Under the pieces are notes generated by a model. The model worked only from the letters and a program-made list of their open reading frames with translations. It made no database searches and was not told the origin of the DNA. From a virus (lineage: Duplodnaviria; Caudoviricetes), in the IMG/VR virus record IMGVR_UViG_3300025018_000317, positions 1 through 36,255 of that record: DNA of 36,255 nt. One strand, written 5' to 3'. This document shows positions 9,190 through 17,911 of this stretch, piece by piece. How positions within the stretch are numbered: position 1 is the stretch's first letter; every line of letters begins with the position of its first letter. The position numbers and the translations under genes are program-made.

Positions 9190-9624
9190 CTACAGTTTGC
9201 CAACAAGCATTGCAGCACCTTGTGGGGTGTAGAAATTAGAGTTCTGCATAATTTGCTCGTGTAGGGTAGAGAGGGTGCCTGCCTTAGAGTCATCCCAGCT
9301 AACTTCCAAAGAACGCCAAAGAAGACATTTTGCAACCATAGATTCTTCTATCTTCATAGGGTTAAGTTGGACATTGTTTTTCTGAGCTTCTTCGAGTTCT
9401 GTCTGTAGAACGATCCATTCTTTTCTAGAGATAGCGCGCCAAACATAAACCTCATCGTTAGAAAAACCAGAAACAAAAACATCTCCGTATTTTGCTTTCC
9501 ACTGTTCTACTTGTTGATCAGATGGACGTGATGCAACCTTCTTATAAACATCAACAATGGTTTCTTCTTTCTGTTCTTCTTGTTCGACATCTTTAGTTTC
9601 GGTCGTTTCGTTTACCTGTGTCAT
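9190..9624 (-). CDS. Tail assembly chaperone (G-like)
   Basis: 144 aa, acidic N-terminus, EQWKAKYGDVF motif; located between tube and tape-measure-like genes; GGAG SD. Confidence 0.7.
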   Translation of the reverse strand: MTQVNETTETKDVEQEEQKEETIVDVYKKVASRPSDQQVEQWKAKYGDVFVSGFSNDEVYVWRAISRKEWIVLQTELEEAQKNNVQLNPMKIEESMVAKCLLWRSLEVSWDDSKAGTLSTLHEQIMQNSNFYTPQGAAMLVGKL

Positions 9625-9633
9625 TAAAAACTC

Positions 9634-10419
9634 CTATACTACGGTTCTAGCAATAAAGTCATAAACTTCTTGTACCGCTTCTCCCCCTACTCTAATTGTT
9701 TTCATTTGTCCAGTCAACCTAACATCTAATATTTTTTGAACTGTATGGTTTGCTTTAGGCTCTTCGTAATTTCCAAAAACTACAAAAATATCAAAACCAT
9801 CAAAGGCAGGATCAACTGGATTGCGAATCTGCTTAGTAAGCTTTTGGTTTGTATTGCTTTTCGCCCAGATCTGATCTTCAAACTCTTCAACTATGTTTTC
9901 AAAGACCCTGTCTCTCGGGTTTTTAACTCCAAATGTAGCATATCCAGCTAAATCGTTATAGAACTTGTAGCGATCTCCTCTTGTGCCTCCCCCGTTAACC
10001 ACTCTCTCAATGCTTTCTCTGTTGATTCGTGTTCCATTGGAACCCCATACAGGTCTACGATCTACTGGTCCACGAAGAGGATCTATTCCAAGAGCCTTAT
10101 CTTGTTTACTAAAGCTTTCTTTTGATGTATCAAAAGATGCTGCAGTAGAAATATTTTTAAATCTTCTTAGAACAGCCCAAAGATATCCCGCTTCTTTGTA
10201 GTTGATAGACATTTGGCCGCTAACCATTGACTGCCCAGAAGATACATCGTCCCAATACTGAGAAGCGTATCCAAAGATGGGGGTCTTCTGATGATGAATG
10301 GAATACTGTAGTCCAGTAATTTCGTCTATCCAAACGTCACCAATATATAAGAACATTTGACTGCCGCTAAAATACTCTAAGTCGTAAACTTCGGGAGATT
10401 GTGTAAATTGAGATGTCAA
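9634..10419 (-). CDS. Tail tube paralogue (possible tube initiator / baseplate-tube junction)
   Basis: Shares tube pattern: YFSGSQMFLYI, LQYSIHHQKTPIFG, VSGQMSI, FDIFVVFGN, EVYDFIAR; TTG start with GGAG SD. Confidence 0.7.
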   Translation of the reverse strand: MTSQFTQSPEVYDLEYFSGSQMFLYIGDVWIDEITGLQYSIHHQKTPIFGYASQYWDDVSSGQSMVSGQMSINYKEAGYLWAVLRRFKNISTAASFDTSKESFSKQDKALGIDPLRGPVDRRPVWGSNGTRINRESIERVVNGGGTRGDRYKFYNDLAGYATFGVKNPRDRVFENIVEEFEDQIWAKSNTNQKLTKQIRNPVDPAFDGFDIFVVFGNYEEPKANHTVQKILDVRLTGQMKTIRVGGEAVQEVYDFIARTVV

Positions 10420-10431
10420 TGTTTATCTCTC

Positions 10432-11379
10432 CTAAATAAAAGGATTGCGGCGTCTTGTAAACCTACCAAACGAACTATCGTTTTTGTATTTTTGATAATC
10501 TTCTTCAAAAATAAGACTGCTTGCAGATTTTGCAATGCCTTTCTGCAGTTGATTACTGACTGAATCTATTTGTCTCTTCCCAACTCTTCTCATTGGGTCA
10601 AAATCTCTAGCTACGAAGTTTACAGTATTTTCTGTAATTAAATCCTCAATAGACATTGTTTGACCCTCAGATACAAACTCGACTCCGTATATATCCATTC
10701 TGGAAATAGCCCCATATTCATTAGCAAAAGAAATAAGAATATCTACTGGGGGTAGTTGGTCCATAACAGCAGAAGTGACACTTGATGCTTCAAAATCTGT
10801 AGGATGAGCCTCTAAGAATTCATACAAAACGTGTTTGTCGAAAACAGTGAAAATAAGGGAACCAGCGATTTCTCTCGGACCTCTTGTGAATCCAGCTGGA
10901 TAAACTGTTCCACATCTACGAACCGCTCTCTTATCACGAAAAGTAGAAATAGATAGAGTTTGCACTTCGGCGAGTGTTTTTGTGATTGTAGATGGTCTTG
11001 CCTTAGCAATGTCAGCAGCATCCTTTGATGCTATTTGAAGATTTTGAGAGCTTTCAAAAGTATCTTTCATTAGTCTATTTTTGCGTTGAAGTAGTCGAAG
11101 ATATGTATCGCTACCTGGAAGCTGATCGGCAAGCCTGGTATTGATTTTGCTCAGATTTCTTCTATTTCGTTCTAGCTGACTTGTATACATTGTTACTATT
11201 TCTTGAGGATCTATTCTTGTCCCAATATCGTTAACATTTCCTCTGTTGATTTTGATTAACACCTGTATATCACAACCTGCATACGTTGTGTTATTTAGAT
11301 ATACCGATCCCGCAAGCTTTGGCTTTTTAGGATCGCCAGCTAAGGTAGTTGGATTAGTGTGGTCGTGGTCTAAGCCCAT
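10432..11379 (-). CDS. Tail tube paralogue with helical insertion
   Basis: RGPREIAGSLIFTVFD and DQLPPVDILISFANEYG closely match the major tube. Start probably ATG 11379 (AGGTGA SD) rather than GTG 11388. Confidence 0.75.
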   Translation of the reverse strand: MGLDHDHTNPTTLAGDPKKPKLAGSVYLNNTTYAGCDIQVLIKINRGNVNDIGTRIDPQEIVTMYTSQLERNRRNLSKINTRLADQLPGSDTYLRLLQRKNRLMKDTFESSQNLQIASKDAADIAKARPSTITKTLAEVQTLSISTFRDKRAVRRCGTVYPAGFTRGPREIAGSLIFTVFDKHVLYEFLEAHPTDFEASSVTSAVMDQLPPVDILISFANEYGAISRMDIYGVEFVSEGQTMSIEDLITENTVNFVARDFDPMRRVGKRQIDSVSNQLQKGIAKSASSLIFEEDYQKYKNDSSFGRFTRRRNPFI

Positions 11380-11396
11380 AGTTATCACCTATAAGT

Positions 11397-11424
11397 AGCT
11401 TATGTTGAAGAAAAAACATGTCAA
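11397..11424 (-). promoter_or_regulatory. Possible sigma70/sigmaA-type promoter
   Basis: TTGACA (11419-11424), 16 nt spacer, TAAGCT (11397-11402), directly downstream of a terminator. Confidence 0.35.
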
Positions 11425-11432
11425 CAATAGGT

Positions 11433-11463
11433 AAAAAAATAGCCATCAAAAGATGGCTATTTT
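11433..11463 (-). terminator. Rho-independent terminator after tail tube gene
   Basis: AAAATAGCCATC-TTTT-GATGGCTATTTT perfect hairpin running into a U7 tract. Confidence 0.85.
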
Positions 11464-11486
11464 AAAGAAGAAGATAAGAAGAGAAA

Positions 11487-12170
11487 TTAAGCTCCCGAAG
11501 AAACTCCACCCTGGCTTATGATCTTTTTAGTGTTTGCACTTGGAACATGCGTCCATCCGATAATCTGACGAGCCACATAAGTATGCTGTTGTTCAGTTAC
11601 GATGTCGTCAATGGAGACTCCAGAACCTTCGTTAAGAAGTTCAACACCAAAGATTCTCATAACAGCAAGAGCACCGTACTCGTTAGCAGCAGCTAGGGTA
11701 ATATCGAACGGAGGAATCTGATCGGCATACCATGCTGTTGCTAGTTCTTGATCTCCTCCAACAGTAGCAATTGGAGACTCTGCGTTTTGAACCTGAGTAG
11801 CTGGAGTAACTCCGCTTGTACTTGTTAGGTTCGAAGAGCTTAGATCGTTTGGGTCTTTAAACGCTGGTCTGATATCGTCTTTGTCTGATTGGAACTTAAG
11901 TCCACCATCAGCAGCCATACCACCTAGAATACCAAGAATGGCAGAACGGTCAAAGACAATAAAGATAAGTGTTCCGGCAATACCACGTTTACCTCTAGAG
12001 AAAGAGCGGGCATCGGCTGAACCCATCGTAAAGATAGGGGCTTTTTCTCTAGTGATACTGTAGCTAATAGCCTGAAGAGACCCAACGGGTTTGTTTCCAA
12101 ACACCGCCTTAATGTCCACTCCAGAAAAACTATTATAACTTGCCAAATATTGACTAACTTGTGAGGCCAT
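11487..12170 (-). CDS. Major tail tube protein
   Basis: 227 aa immediately after sheath; SFSGVDIKAVF, LQAISYSITREKAPI, RGKRGIAGTLIF, PPFDITL; GGAG SD; followed by terminator. Confidence 0.85.
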   Translation of the reverse strand: MASQVSQYLASYNSFSGVDIKAVFGNKPVGSLQAISYSITREKAPIFTMGSADARSFSRGKRGIAGTLIFIVFDRSAILGILGGMAADGGLKFQSDKDDIRPAFKDPNDLSSSNLTSTSGVTPATQVQNAESPIATVGGDQELATAWYADQIPPFDITLAAANEYGALAVMRIFGVELLNEGSGVSIDDIVTEQQHTYVARQIIGWTHVPSANTKKIISQGGVSSGA

Positions 12171-12182
12171 TTAAATCACTCC

Positions 12183-14060
12183 TTATGATGCAGCAAGGGC
12201 TACATATACGCTAATTTGACGCAATTCGAAAGCAGGCACACAAACCAACTCAATATTTGCCTTTCCTTGAACTTGCATTGTTGGAGTTGAGATTACAACG
12301 AAATCGTAACGTTGCAAGTATTCTCCCTTCTGTGCCTTCAAAAGTGACTGATCTACGTTTGTCTCTAGGGCAGCCAATCTAGGTCCGGTGATAGCTTCGC
12401 CAAGAAATGGTTCTCCAGCAGCACGAATTCCATCAATAACAGCCTTGACGATACGAACAGTAGACAGTCTCTTGTAGTCGCTATCTGGACGAGCAGCCGT
12501 AGGAGCATCAGCAACTACGATTCCCTTATTTGGTTTGCTATGGAACATAACGTAACCATAGCCAGCTAGAGTATCAACCTTAGAGGTTGCAATCCTAAAA
12601 GGTAGTCGAATTCCTGGCTGAACCTTGTTTGTTGGAGCCGAATTCTCTGCTAGAGAAGAAACCAGACCAACATAAGGAGCCACACCAGCTGATACATAAG
12701 GTAGGGCAGAGGCCGAGTTGGACATAACAACCTGGCCAGCAACCAGGCTGAGATACTTACCGATATCGATAAGGTGATCATTTCTGTCCTTTAGCTGGTT
12801 GCCACCTGGGTAACCTGAGTCGGTAGCAATAAAGCCACCAAACTTTAGTCCATCTACTGAATTGATTGCATGACCTGGCAATCCTGTTCCAGCATTTGCC
12901 TTACGACCTGCAACCCACTTGAGACCAAGAAGACCCGTACCATTAGTGCTAATAACCTCGTTACCTGCGGAATCCTCAGAGCTAACTGGCTCCTTTCCAA
13001 TCCAAGCATTAACGTCTTTACCACTCCAGGAAACTGGAGGCTTAACACCGACAGCACCATGCATCATGTCGTGGTTCTCAGACTGACGATAACAGAAATC
13101 AGCCAACTGATAAGCAAAGTTTGCTTCATTAAAGTCAGATGATTCAAGAGCTACGCCATTGGCATCAGTGGTGGCAGAGGCAGATCCAACGCTTGGATAA
13201 ATCTCAGCAATACCATCACGATCAAGATCCCACCAGAAATACCATTCGCCCTGATACTCTTGAGCGAAAACCTCTCCAAGGGCGTCATAGAAGGTACCTG
13301 GAGTTGGATAAGTAGAGGATGATGCCCATGGAGCAGAAGTATTCAATGCGGAAACTTCAGCTGTGGTCATATCTCTAACGTTGCTATCATCAGCGTAGAC
13401 ATTACGAGGAAGAACCAAGTCGATGTCCTCGTTTTCGATCTCTAGATATCCCTTATAAAGGGCTTCGTAAAGCTCCATTCTACTTAGAAGAACACCATCG
13501 TCACCAGCAGTATAACTAGCTCCACTTACACCGTCAGAAAGAGCCAGTGTAATAGGAACAGCTAAGCTTCCAATATCTCCTGGGTTACCAACGGCGGTAC
13601 CAGAGACAGATACTTCGTTTTCGTCGATAGCAGCTGATGGGTAGACTGGGTTATTGTCGTAAACCAAGAAATCATCGGATGTTCTCCAGACTCTTAGACG
13701 ACCTGTTGAATCTTCCCAGAAGATTTTGTAATCGCTACCCGCACCAGCATCCTTGCTAACGGTTTCAATAGTGATTCCGCCACCAACATCTGCTAGGGTT
13801 GCTGCAACTGCGCCAATTCTTAGAAGTCTAATGTTAGTTGCTCCACCTGATAAAACCTCAAAAAGACCTCTAACAAGAGTTCCGTCAGTGCGTCCAAATT
13901 CGTTAACAGCAGTAGATACGCTATCTACTGAGTAGAATCGGTTTGTGCCACGAGATGCAGTTCCCATAACGAGAACGACTGGAGCGCTACTAACAGGTGA
14001 AACGTTCAAGTTCCCGTCAATTAAATGACCAAACTGCCCTGGCAAGTTTTCATAGGACAT
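12183..14060 (-). CDS. Contractile tail sheath protein
   Basis: 625 aa; N-terminal LPG...PVVLVMGTA..G and C-terminal RLSTVRIVKAV...VPAFELRQI are sheath-like; precedes tube; GGAGG SD. Confidence 0.9.
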   Translation of the reverse strand: MSYENLPGQFGHLIDGNLNVSPVSSAPVVLVMGTASRGTNRFYSVDSVSTAVNEFGRTDGTLVRGLFEVLSGGATNIRLLRIGAVAATLADVGGGITIETVSKDAGAGSDYKIFWEDSTGRLRVWRTSDDFLVYDNNPVYPSAAIDENEVSVSGTAVGNPGDIGSLAVPITLALSDGVSGASYTAGDDGVLLSRMELYEALYKGYLEIENEDIDLVLPRNVYADDSNVRDMTTAEVSALNTSAPWASSSTYPTPGTFYDALGEVFAQEYQGEWYFWWDLDRDGIAEIYPSVGSASATTDANGVALESSDFNEANFAYQLADFCYRQSENHDMMHGAVGVKPPVSWSGKDVNAWIGKEPVSSEDSAGNEVISTNGTGLLGLKWVAGRKANAGTGLPGHAINSVDGLKFGGFIATDSGYPGGNQLKDRNDHLIDIGKYLSLVAGQVVMSNSASALPYVSAGVAPYVGLVSSLAENSAPTNKVQPGIRLPFRIATSKVDTLAGYGYVMFHSKPNKGIVVADAPTAARPDSDYKRLSTVRIVKAVIDGIRAAGEPFLGEAITGPRLAALETNVDQSLLKAQKGEYLQRYDFVVISTPTMQVQGKANIELVCVPAFELRQISVYVALAAS

Positions 14061-14071
14061 ATGTATGCCTC

Positions 14072-14791
14072 CTAGCTTAAATTCTGACCGATACCTAGTC
14101 TTACACAGATTTGCTCAAGTTCTTTTGTGCTGATTACCTTTAGTCTCTCTGTCTTGATGTAGTAGTCTATTGGTCTTCCGAAATATTTCTGATTATTCAC
14201 GTTTATAATTTGAGATGGCCCGCGACCTTCATATAAAATTCTGTTAATTCCGCTGTATCTAAAAAACCATCCATATTCTTCCATCGCGTTCTCTACCCAA
14301 ATTGCTCGTTCGTTTGCTTGTTTATTTGTTCTTGCCCAGCAAGTAACACGCACTATATTGTCATACCAGTAACCTATAACAGCTAATTCGTAACCAGGAT
14401 GATTTGGATCATTGTGAATTGTCTCTCTTAAAACACCCTGTCTTGACTTTATCTTCTGTTCAAAGGGAGCACCTGTTCCAAACGCACCGGGTTCTCTTTT
14501 CTCAAGAGAAATTGTAATTGTTTCAAACTCAGCACCAATATCTGGTAGTTCATAGGTTATTATCGGCTTTGCGTCTTCTGTATCTTCTGACCTAACAACA
14601 AAATCATCTAATGCTGTTTTTATAAGTTCCATCGCTTCATTAATATTTTTTGCGGGAAAAGGTGTAACAGAAGGAGTATTTAACGCCCTTTGTACTGCCA
14701 ACCCTAACTCGTTCTCTAGAATTACTTTTACTAGTGTTTTTTCTTGCAATAGAGTCTGGTCTTCAACTAAACTAAAAACATCGGTTGTCAT
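14072..14791 (-). CDS. Putative tail completion/terminator (neck) protein
   Basis: 239 aa directly before sheath; DNIVRVTCWARTNKQANERAIWVE resembles tail-terminator proteins; TAATG overlap with upstream gene. Confidence 0.55.
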   Translation of the reverse strand: MTTDVFSLVEDQTLLQEKTLVKVILENELGLAVQRALNTPSVTPFPAKNINEAMELIKTALDDFVVRSEDTEDAKPIITYELPDIGAEFETITISLEKREPGAFGTGAPFEQKIKSRQGVLRETIHNDPNHPGYELAVIGYWYDNIVRVTCWARTNKQANERAIWVENAMEEYGWFFRYSGINRILYEGRGPSQIINVNNQKYFGRPIDYYIKTERLKVISTKELEQICVRLGIGQNLS

Positions 14792-15387
14792 TATGCCTCC
14801 GAGTAGCTAGGAGAGTTTAGCCATTTAACGCTCTCTTGTCTTGTAAACAGTTTAAAGTATTCTAGTTTTCCATTATCTGATCTGTAGTCCCAAGATTTTT
14901 CTATTCTATAAATTCCAGTTCTTTTGTTTGGTACGATAGCAGAACCTGAGGTATCTAGAGAAAGAGTGGCTATTTTATCTGCTTCAGTTATTGCTGTCGA
15001 ATACCAAACATAGAATATCACAACTGGAATGTTTATCAAGCCAGGCTCCTTGGCAAAGTTAAGTAGAGCGTTGTCGGTATCCGAATTTCCAAGCACTCTG
15101 TATATTTTTAATGCCGTTTCATCCCATAGATAACCCTCTCCAAAGCAGATAGGGCAGAAGCGATCTTTCTCTGGTTCGCTATAGAAATTGTCTACGCAAC
15201 TGCATTTTGTTTTCTGTCCATTTCCGTCAAGACGCATTTTACGCAAAAGAGCTGGCTGAGACTTTGCAATCTCAGGATAATGCCCATCCATAGTGCGCTC
15301 GAACTCAACTCTCATGTTTGGTTCTGTTTGACTAGTGCCGTACACAGAAGAGAGAGAGCTAGAGGAATAGAAATCGTTTTTACCCAT
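14791..15387 (-). CDS. Putative head closure (stopper) protein with Zn-finger-like motif
   Basis: CSC...CPICFGEG motif; neck-region position. Start probably ATG 15387, overlapping the upstream TAA. Confidence 0.55.
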   Translation of the reverse strand: MGKNDFYSSSSLSSVYGTSQTEPNMRVEFERTMDGHYPEIAKSQPALLRKMRLDGNGQKTKCSCVDNFYSEPEKDRFCPICFGEGYLWDETALKIYRVLGNSDTDNALLNFAKEPGLINIPVVIFYVWYSTAITEADKIATLSLDTSGSAIVPNKRTGIYRIEKSWDYRSDNGKLEYFKLFTRQESVKWLNSPSYSEA

Positions 15388-17138
15388 TACCTGTCCCACC
15401 AACCCTTTCTATACCTTCTATATCCAGTTAGTCGTATACGAGCATTAGCCGCTGGAACCGGATGTCCATCTCTTAGCCAATCTCTACCAACAGCAGGTCT
15501 ATCTGGATCGAGTTCGCCTTTCACAACCATAGATGGCGTTTGAACTTGGCGACCTCCAGCAAGGAGAGCGCCCTCCCACTTTAGTAGACACTCCTCTGCC
15601 TTCTCCATTGGCTTGTCATAGCCTCTGTTGCCAGACGTGTCGTAGGATACCTCTAGATCTCCAAGTCGCTTAGACTTCAATCTACCGCCTCCAGCGGCAG
15701 CATTCATTAGGAGTATTAGTGCTGCTCGGCAGCAGACCCACTGACTTCTTACAAACTGATAGTATTCATCGGTAGAATTCATCTTATTCCAGGTAAGAGA
15801 GTCTGCTTCCTTGGAGGCTAGGTGAATGGCGATATTGATAGTATCGTTTTTTAGGTCTGCAATATAAGCGCCGATCATAACTCTAATACGACGAAGAGTA
15901 CAATAGTAGGGATAGTATTCGGTCGTAAACCAGAACTCGTAATCTTCAGATAGAGAGTTTCCGTCTGTATCTAAGATACCTGTACCAAGAGTTACGGTAA
16001 CTAGATTGTTTCTAAAGAGCATGTCTTGAGGAACAGTAATAGTTAGTTCTGGACCGTCTACGGCTGTAGTAACTTCGATAAGACCAGAAGCGGTTACAGA
16101 TGTTTCTCCCGTAACTGACTCTGCAAAGACAGTAAGATTTAGGCCGTTTAGAACTGTAGATTCATTAATGTCATTATTGAAGTTTACAACAATATCATAA
16201 GCGCCACTTTCTGGAAGAGTTTGATGAGACGCTTCATTAGCTGGAACAGTACTACTTACCTCAAGAGCAGTGGAAGCAGAAGAAGAGGTGACAGGGTCGC
16301 CAGTGATAGAGGTACTAACCGTTGTAGGAATTTCTACAATTGCACCACTGCCAGTCTTAAACGTCCAATACATATTACCGGATAAACCGGTTCTCTCTTT
16401 AACCAAAAAAGTAAAGGTGTCTCCGATTTCATATGTACCATCATCAAACTTAGCTAAAATACCTGAACCTAAAGAGACTCCAGACTTCTTAGTTCTATAG
16501 GGACCATAAGTGGTAAAAGGATCTGAGTTTTTATAAAACGTAAACTTAGAGATTCCTGCCGCGCCAGCAGTGGTAATCTCCAGGTTATAAGTATCAGTAA
16601 AGGTGCCAGAATAAACGCCTTCTAAGGTAATATCACCATTGCCAGTATTAAGACCTGAGGCTGAATCGTAGATTGTTCTTTCGGAAATACCCGAGATGAA
16701 ATCGTCAGTTAGATCATCGTCACCAGACAAGAAGACACTGTACTCTGTGTTTTCACGAAGTCTTTCAGATGGAGTAAAGATAGCTTTTGTTCTATATAGT
16801 AATCCTGATCCAGCCGTATCCTTAGTTTCTACCTCTAAGTTATCGTCAACTAAGTCTATCCTTTTAAAACTTATCTCTCCCTGAACAATCCCCTTAAATG
16901 CAGGAGAGTTAAGAATAGAACTTTCTTCTCCAGAGCTTTCTGCTCCAAAAAGATTTTGAAGATCTGGACCTATAAAAGTATCGTAATCTCTTCCGGTAAC
17001 AAAAAAGGCTCCTCCTGAAGAGAGAATACCTTCATCCATTGCTCTATCGAAGAGGACAGAAATAGTTGCAGCTGTAGGAACACCCAAGCCTGAAACGGCT
17101 GGGTAAATAGAGGTTACAATGTCGGTGATACTAGTCAA
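15387..17138 (-). CDS. Ig-like-domain protein fused to probable head-tail adaptor
   Basis: Ig-like (Big_5-style) patterns ISVLFDRAMD..FTPSERL..NTEYSV and VVNFNNDIN..TVTL..I.D.DGNSL..DY.FWFTT; C-terminal ~175 aa with KSKRLGDLEVSY like head-tail connectors. Confidence 0.6.
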   Translation of the reverse strand: MTSITDIVTSIYPAVSGLGVPTAATISVLFDRAMDEGILSSGGAFFVTGRDYDTFIGPDLQNLFGAESSGEESSILNSPAFKGIVQGEISFKRIDLVDDNLEVETKDTAGSGLLYRTKAIFTPSERLRENTEYSVFLSGDDDLTDDFISGISERTIYDSASGLNTGNGDITLEGVYSGTFTDTYNLEITTAGAAGISKFTFYKNSDPFTTYGPYRTKKSGVSLGSGILAKFDDGTYEIGDTFTFLVKERTGLSGNMYWTFKTGSGAIVEIPTTVSTSITGDPVTSSSASTALEVSSTVPANEASHQTLPESGAYDIVVNFNNDINESTVLNGLNLTVFAESVTGETSVTASGLIEVTTAVDGPELTITVPQDMLFRNNLVTVTLGTGILDTDGNSLSEDYEFWFTTEYYPYYCTLRRIRVMIGAYIADLKNDTINIAIHLASKEADSLTWNKMNSTDEYYQFVRSQWVCCRAALILLMNAAAGGGRLKSKRLGDLEVSYDTSGNRGYDKPMEKAEECLLKWEGALLAGGRQVQTPSMVVKGELDPDRPAVGRDWLRDGHPVPAANARIRLTGYRRYRKGWWDR

Positions 17139-17167
17139 AAGAAAATCACCACCAAAGGTTAGTTAGA

Positions 17168-17830
17168 TTAGCGAGCTGCTATCTCAGCTACCTTACCAAA
17201 ACTAATCTCAATCGTTTCCTCGTCAGATTCTACCACATCAAACACAGAAGCCAAGCGATCCGCATTATCAAGGACAGCTTTTTCGTGCTTGGTTAGTTTG
17301 ACTTTAGTTTTTCTTAGTTTGTCTGCAATCTTCTCTTCTGCAGAAACTATTCTGGATTCGATGTGTTTAACTATATTTGTTCTGTTTTTGGTTTCTTGTT
17401 CCTTCTTGAGCATTTTACGTAAGAAGCGAGTATCTTTTTCTTTTTTAATAGATGTTCTTACCGCAGCTATAGATCCTGTAAGGATAAATTCAATTTTCTC
17501 GTCTTCTTTCTTATCTTTCTCTGCCTTTTCTTTTAGATATAAAGCAGCGGCAGTCTCCTTCTCTACCTTCACAACCTCTTCTTTTGTTTTAGCTTTCTGG
17601 ACATTAAGAGAATTCCAGTGTTTGTACAGATCCTCAAAAGAAACATCGCTACTGATTTCACCTCTGTGAACCGAATCCAGTACCTTTTTCTGGCCACCCT
17701 CGTCTAGTTGATCGAAATCTACCTCAACTGGACCTGTGTTTACAAAGTTCAGGTTAACGATAATGTTATCACGTTCGCCTAGCATCCAGATAGATGGGCC
17801 GTCTTCCGTGAGTGTAATCCAAATTTTCAT
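17168..17830 (-). CDS. Hypothetical protein (charged, helical C-terminus)
   Basis: 220-aa ORF with AAGGAG SD, after the capsid terminator. Confidence 0.7.
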   Translation of the reverse strand: MKIWITLTEDGPSIWMLGERDNIIVNLNFVNTGPVEVDFDQLDEGGQKKVLDSVHRGEISSDVSFEDLYKHWNSLNVQKAKTKEEVVKVEKETAAALYLKEKAEKDKKEDEKIEFILTGSIAAVRTSIKKEKDTRFLRKMLKKEQETKNRTNIVKHIESRIVSAEEKIADKLRKTKVKLTKHEKAVLDNADRLASVFDVVESDEETIEISFGKVAEIAAR

Positions 17831-17852
17831 TCAAACTCCTTTCTGTAATAAT

Positions 17853-17887
17853 AAAAAACCCCACCACACATTTTAGTGCAGCGGGGT
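17853..17887 (-). terminator. Rho-independent terminator after major capsid gene
   Basis: RNA ACCCCGCUGCAC-UAAAAU-GUGUGGUGGGGU (12-bp stem with G-U pairs that form only on this strand) followed by a U tract. Confidence 0.8.
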
Positions 17888-17911
17888 CTTTTAAGTCAAG
17901 AAGGAATCAAC

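Noticed and set aside
9190-14060. Extracellular contractile injection system / tailocin interpretation
   Set aside because: Terminase, portal, protease and capsid genes show a complete DNA-packaging phage.
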